Origin: Clostridia bacterium
GTDB lineage: Bacteria; Bacillota; Clostridia; TANB77; CAG-508
NCBI GenBank assembly: GCA_017512025.1
Contig: JAFWHH010000008.1
Span: 258,606 to 322,605 of the forward strand
Direction: 5' to 3'
DNA length: 64,000 nt
This document shows positions 60,587 through 64,000 of this stretch, in pieces. The position numbers and the translations under genes are program-made. Under the pieces are notes generated by a model. It was given only the letters and a program-made list of their open reading frames with translations, ran no database searches and was not told the origin of the DNA. The number at the start of each line of letters is the position of its first letter. Position 1 is the stretch's first letter.

Positions 60587-60704
60587 GCTAATTACCTCCC
60601 ATCATTGTGGCATACAGGGTATTATACTCTAAAATTGATTATTATGCAATAATGCTGTTATTGAAAATAAAAAAGATTGGCTATGCCAATCTTTTTATAA
60701 TATA

Positions 60705-61403
60705 TTATCTATCTTCGTTATCATCACTTTGATCTTGTTCTGCAGGTGCTTCTTGATTTTTCTTTGCATTTGCGTGGACATCAATTTGTGGTTGTCTGCT
60801 CTTAAATTCTTCTTTTAATTCTTTCCATTCATCACTCAACATTGTTGCTACTTTTAAATTTGCTTGATATGGATTTTTAAAATGTTCTTGGAACGCTTCA
60901 TCAGCTTTACCAACTTCAAATCCAAGCTCTCTAAAACCATCTTGTAATTTTTTTATTCTTAATATATGAGAAACAGCAAATACATTTTCTACACCCTCTA
61001 TTTCTCCGGATTCAATCTGCATACTTAATTGTTCAAGTGCATCTACTAAATATGGACCCATATTTCTTATATCTGTTGTGCTTACATGTTCTGGTATAAC
61101 ATGTAGTGCTATTGTATCTTGTTTACTTCCTGCAATGTTATACGAAACCATATCATTTAATTCGATAAATCCTGTACCTACTAGCTCATGATTTAATCTG
61201 TTGTCTACCCAATTAATAAAATCTTGAACACCGGCGTTCTCTCCAAGTGATCTAGTTGCAATTTCCGCAAACTGCTCCTCAGATATTCCTTCTATTTTTA
61301 ATATATAACCTTCAATTTTTTCTATTCTGTGATCATCTTGCGTCTCAGTCATGATACCTTGTAGTGTTTTAATTGCATCATTCTTACTTAACATACTAAT
61401 CAC
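60705..61403 (-). CDS. Hypothetical 232-aa protein with acidic C-terminal tail
   Basis: ORF only, with host-like composition. Terminator AAGATTGG/CCAATCTT at about 60670-60697. Confidence 0.5.
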   Translation of the reverse strand: MISMLSKNDAIKTLQGIMTETQDDHRIEKIEGYILKIEGISEEQFAEIATRSLGENAGVQDFINWVDNRLNHELVGTGFIELNDMVSYNIAGSKQDTIALHVIPEHVSTTDIRNMGPYLVDALEQLSMQIESGEIEGVENVFAVSHILRIKKLQDGFRELGFEVGKADEAFQEHFKNPYQANLKVATMLSDEWKELKEEFKSRQPQIDVHANAKKNQEAPAEQDQSDDNEDR

Positions 61404-61571
61404 CTCACTATAATTATACCATATTTCTAATAATATTTAAAATCTGGTCTCACCATTAAAAATAATTATGCTAAAAACGCTTTATAGTACTTGATTATTG
61501 GCTTTATCTGTTGTATACTAGAATTTGTTCGTAGTAAGCCTATTTGTAATGACAGGAAGGAGTGAAAAATC

Positions 61572-61814
61572 GTGCCAGACCTTGAAATTGTTGGACCTCA
61601 CTTTATCGTGTGTCCACACTGCGGTTACCGGTTTGATTTATCCAAACACAAAGTGAACAAGAATACGCATGGCGAGAAGTTTATCTCTTGCCCGAGACCC
61701 GGTCAGAGCCTTTTTGATTCAGATAGAAAGAAGCCTGCCTGCGGTCAGTACATCGCACTTACCGATGATTTAGAAGTGGTACCTGAAAAGGCACCAATCC
61801 AAATGACCGGATAA
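61572..61814 (+). CDS. Island K: 80-aa zinc-ribbon protein (GTG start)
   Basis: RBS GGAAGGAG lies 8 nt before the GTG at 61572. CPHCGYRF...CPRPG...ACGQY Cys pairs. GC-rich. Promoter TTGATT-17-TATACT at 61491-61519. Confidence 0.5.
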   Translation: MPDLEIVGPHFIVCPHCGYRFDLSKHKVNKNTHGEKFISCPRPGQSLFDSDRKKPACGQYIALTDDLEVVPEKAPIQMTG

Positions 61815-61849
61815 TTCCTGGAGGGGGAGCACAAGGTTGTGCTTCCCCT

Positions 61850-62491
61850 CTATTGGTTTATTAATTCAATAATTCTTAGCTTATTATCTATTTCTTTATT
61901 ACTCCTAATTCTAATGTATTGCACATATATTAATCCACATATTATGCCCATGTTATGATATTCTAGAATTACTACACTACACACTACTAACAATAATATA
62001 AATATTACATTCGTTGTTTTTTTTACGCACTTGTATGCACTACCTTCTCCCCAAAAAATAGATAATATGCTCTTAAATATTCTTCCACCATCTAGTGGAT
62101 AGATAAATAATAAATTAAAAATCATAATACTAAAATTTATGTAACAAATGCTCTCATTAAAACATAATAAAAGAGCTATTATTCCAACTATAAAGTTAAA
62201 TAATGGCCCCGCTAAATAAATTATTATTTTCTTTAATTCTGCTAAGTTCCCTTTCAAAATCTTCTTATTATAATCGTCTATTTTATACCTAAAAGATATA
62301 GAACACCCACTGGGTTTTATTTCAAAATGCGTTGGTATTACACCCAATATTATTCCTACTATTAGATGTGCTATTTCATGAAGAAAGATAAAAGCCAAAA
62401 AAAGTAAATACATTTTGTGTTGATTTGTTATATAAAACATTGCTAAAAACAGCAATATTTTTATATCAAATTTAATGCACATATCATACAA
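61850..62491 (-). CDS. M50 site-2 metalloprotease, SpoIVFB-like
   Basis: HEIAHL zinc motif in a polytopic membrane protein, with a later DGGR motif. Follows an M23 gene as in spoIVFA-spoIVFB. Confidence 0.7.
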   Translation of the reverse strand: MYDMCIKFDIKILLFLAMFYITNQHKMYLLFLAFIFLHEIAHLIVGIILGVIPTHFEIKPSGCSISFRYKIDDYNKKILKGNLAELKKIIIYLAGPLFNFIVGIIALLLCFNESICYINFSIMIFNLLFIYPLDGGRIFKSILSIFWGEGSAYKCVKKTTNVIFILLLVVCSVVILEYHNMGIICGLIYVQYIRIRSNKEIDNKLRIIELINQ

Positions 62492-62497
62492 AACCTC

Positions 62498-63376
62498 TTA
62501 TTCAAAATTTATTATAAGCTCTGGGTCAATTGCCCTTTCTCCCCTTCGTATTTCAAAATGCAAATGTGGACCAGTCGCTCTTCCCGTTGATCCAACTTCA
62601 GCTATCTTTTGTCCAATCTTTATTTCATCGCCTTCATTTACAAAAAGTTTGCTACAATGTGCATATATAAAAATTGCATCACCATGTTTTATTTTTATAT
62701 GCTTTCCAAAATCTCCGGTTGATGATACACTTATTACTTTTCCATCGCAAACAGATACTATCTCTGTACCAGTTGATGCTCCAATATCAATGCCTTTATG
62801 GTTTGCAGAAACAATCTCACTTGGATCTCTTTCACCATATCTAGAAGTTATAATTCCATTCACTGGACTAATTAGTTTAATATTATCTTTTATATATTTT
62901 ATATCTTCATCTAATTCTTCTTCACTATTATAAAACTCTATTTCATCGACAGCTTGCTCTTCTAGCTCACCACCAATCCCAAGATATTCATCTTCATTGC
63001 TAAATTTATTTTCAGTTAATAAACTTATTTTGTTTTGATTACTATCGGTATTATTCTCATTTTCTTCTTTATTATCTCCAACATCTTCATGGTTTATTAT
63101 TTTATTATATATTCCCATAAAATCAACATCATAACTTAATACTTCTTTTGTTTTTTTAATCCATTTATTTGTTTGTTCACCTTCTGGCATATTTTTTATA
63201 TAGTAAAATCCACAATATATTAACAGACATATTAATATTTGAATTAATAATCCTCTCGTTTTAGATTGTGTATTTTTAATTCTTATTCTATTGTAATCTG
63301 GCTCTCTATTTTGCCTTCTTTCAACAACCTCACAAGCTCTTCTAATACGCTCTTCATCACTTAATATTTTATCCAT
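62498..63376 (-). CDS. M23 family metallopeptidase, membrane anchored (SpoIVFA/SpoIIQ-like)
   Basis: C-terminal LytM domain with HKGIDI and GSTGRATGPHLHFEI. One TM segment. Confidence 0.75.
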   Translation of the reverse strand: MDKILSDEERIRRACEVVERRQNREPDYNRIRIKNTQSKTRGLLIQILICLLIYCGFYYIKNMPEGEQTNKWIKKTKEVLSYDVDFMGIYNKIINHEDVGDNKEENENNTDSNQNKISLLTENKFSNEDEYLGIGGELEEQAVDEIEFYNSEEELDEDIKYIKDNIKLISPVNGIITSRYGERDPSEIVSANHKGIDIGASTGTEIVSVCDGKVISVSSTGDFGKHIKIKHGDAIFIYAHCSKLFVNEGDEIKIGQKIAEVGSTGRATGPHLHFEIRRGERAIDPELIINFE

Positions 63377-63426
63377 ATTAACAGCTCTTTCTTATCTAAA
63401 GTACTCTGCTAATATATATTCATTTT

Positions 63427-63726
63427 TTATAAAATAATGCTAATTATTAATGCAAAAGATAATATGACATTTATTATTCTTAACTTTTTTATTATCTTTT
63501 TGCTCTTACTTTTTTTGTTAGATTCATCCTTATCTAAATAATCAGAAATAATAAACTCCGCTTCTTTTATAACCATACTTTCATCCGATTCATTTTTATC
63601 ATTTATACTTTTGAACTTACTTGAGCATTCGTACTTTTTTGCTCTTTTATTTTCTTTCAAAATTAATATTGCCTCATCAATTGTGTTAGATGGAAAATCC
63701 TTTATTCTAATTATATTTTTATCCAT
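63427..63726 (-). CDS. Hypothetical 99-aa protein with C-terminal TM anchor
   Basis: ORF only. C-terminal LRIINVILSFALIISIIL. Confidence 0.4.
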   Translation of the reverse strand: MDKNIIRIKDFPSNTIDEAILILKENKRAKKYECSSKFKSINDKNESDESMVIKEAEFIISDYLDKDESNKKSKSKKIIKKLRIINVILSFALIISIIL

Positions 63727-63774
63727 ACCTATATACCTCCGAAAACTTATATAGATATTTTTTCCAATTTTAAA

Positions 63775-64000
63775 TTAATTATTCATTATTAAGCTAATTC
63801 CTTCAAAAGTTTTTTTAGATAATTTTAATATCTTTGATAGAGGAATATTTTGAAGTGCATTAAAGTTTAGACTCGGATTATTATAGTCTTTTCCAACAAC
63901 AACCTTCACTCCAACATCCCCAATTTTATTAATATTTTTTCCTAAACAGTTTCCAAAATTAATTCCATTATCTACAAATATTTTTCCAATATTTTCTTTA
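63775..64000 (-). CDS. C-terminal fragment of an unidentified protein (gene continues beyond window end)
   Basis: Own translation of the minus strand: ...KENIGKIFVDNGINFGNCLGKNINKIGDVGVKVVVGKDYNNPSLNF...GISLIMNN, with stop at complement 63775-63777. Confidence 0.4.
   Translation of the reverse strand, partial: KENIGKIFVDNGINFGNCLGKNINKIGDVGVKVVVGKDYNNPSLNFNALQNIPLSKILKLSKKTFEGISLIMNN

Noticed and set aside
62475-62933. 152-aa plus-strand ORF overlapping the M23 peptidase gene
   Set aside because: It is antisense to a gene with a clear LytM/M23 motif, and it has no RBS.

Overview
The window is an AT-rich chromosomal segment, roughly 30% GC by eye. It looks like an endospore-forming Firmicutes/Clostridia-type genome and is mostly transcribed on the minus strand. 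All calls come from reading the ORF translations, motifs and DNA by eye. No database search, HMM or folding program was run.

The backbone is conserved housekeeping:
- gpsA-plsY-der, rpmF, asnB, ligA, pgsA, mutS, miaB and ppa.
- The hrcA-grpE-dnaK-dnaJ heat-shock operon with a CIRCE operator.
- priA-def-fmt.
- A three-subunit NuoE/NuoF/[FeFe]-hydrogenase operon.
- Sporulation genes: spoIVA, a DpaA-like gene, and a SpoIVFB-like M50 protease with an M23 partner.
- One tRNA-Leu(CAA).

No rRNA, CRISPR array, transposase, integrase or prophage block is visible.

Four things stand out:
1. About a dozen short, markedly GC-richer islands (about 45-50% GC by eye) sit in intergenic gaps. Each is a single gene or RNA with its own near-consensus promoter, a strong Shine-Dalgarno and a hairpin terminator. 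Several share a TTTACATAA promoter motif. Their products are small and mostly unrecognisable.
2. One island encodes an HNH plus ParB-like nuclease. It lies divergent to a Thg1-like 3'-5' polymerase gene that is preceded by a riboswitch-like structured leader.
3. A transglutaminase-like Cys-His-Asp fold gene is wedged inside the hydrogenase operon.
4. The essential GTPase gene der carries a 1-nt insertion that breaks its frame just after the P-loop.

Start codons were adjusted where a clear RBS supports it.
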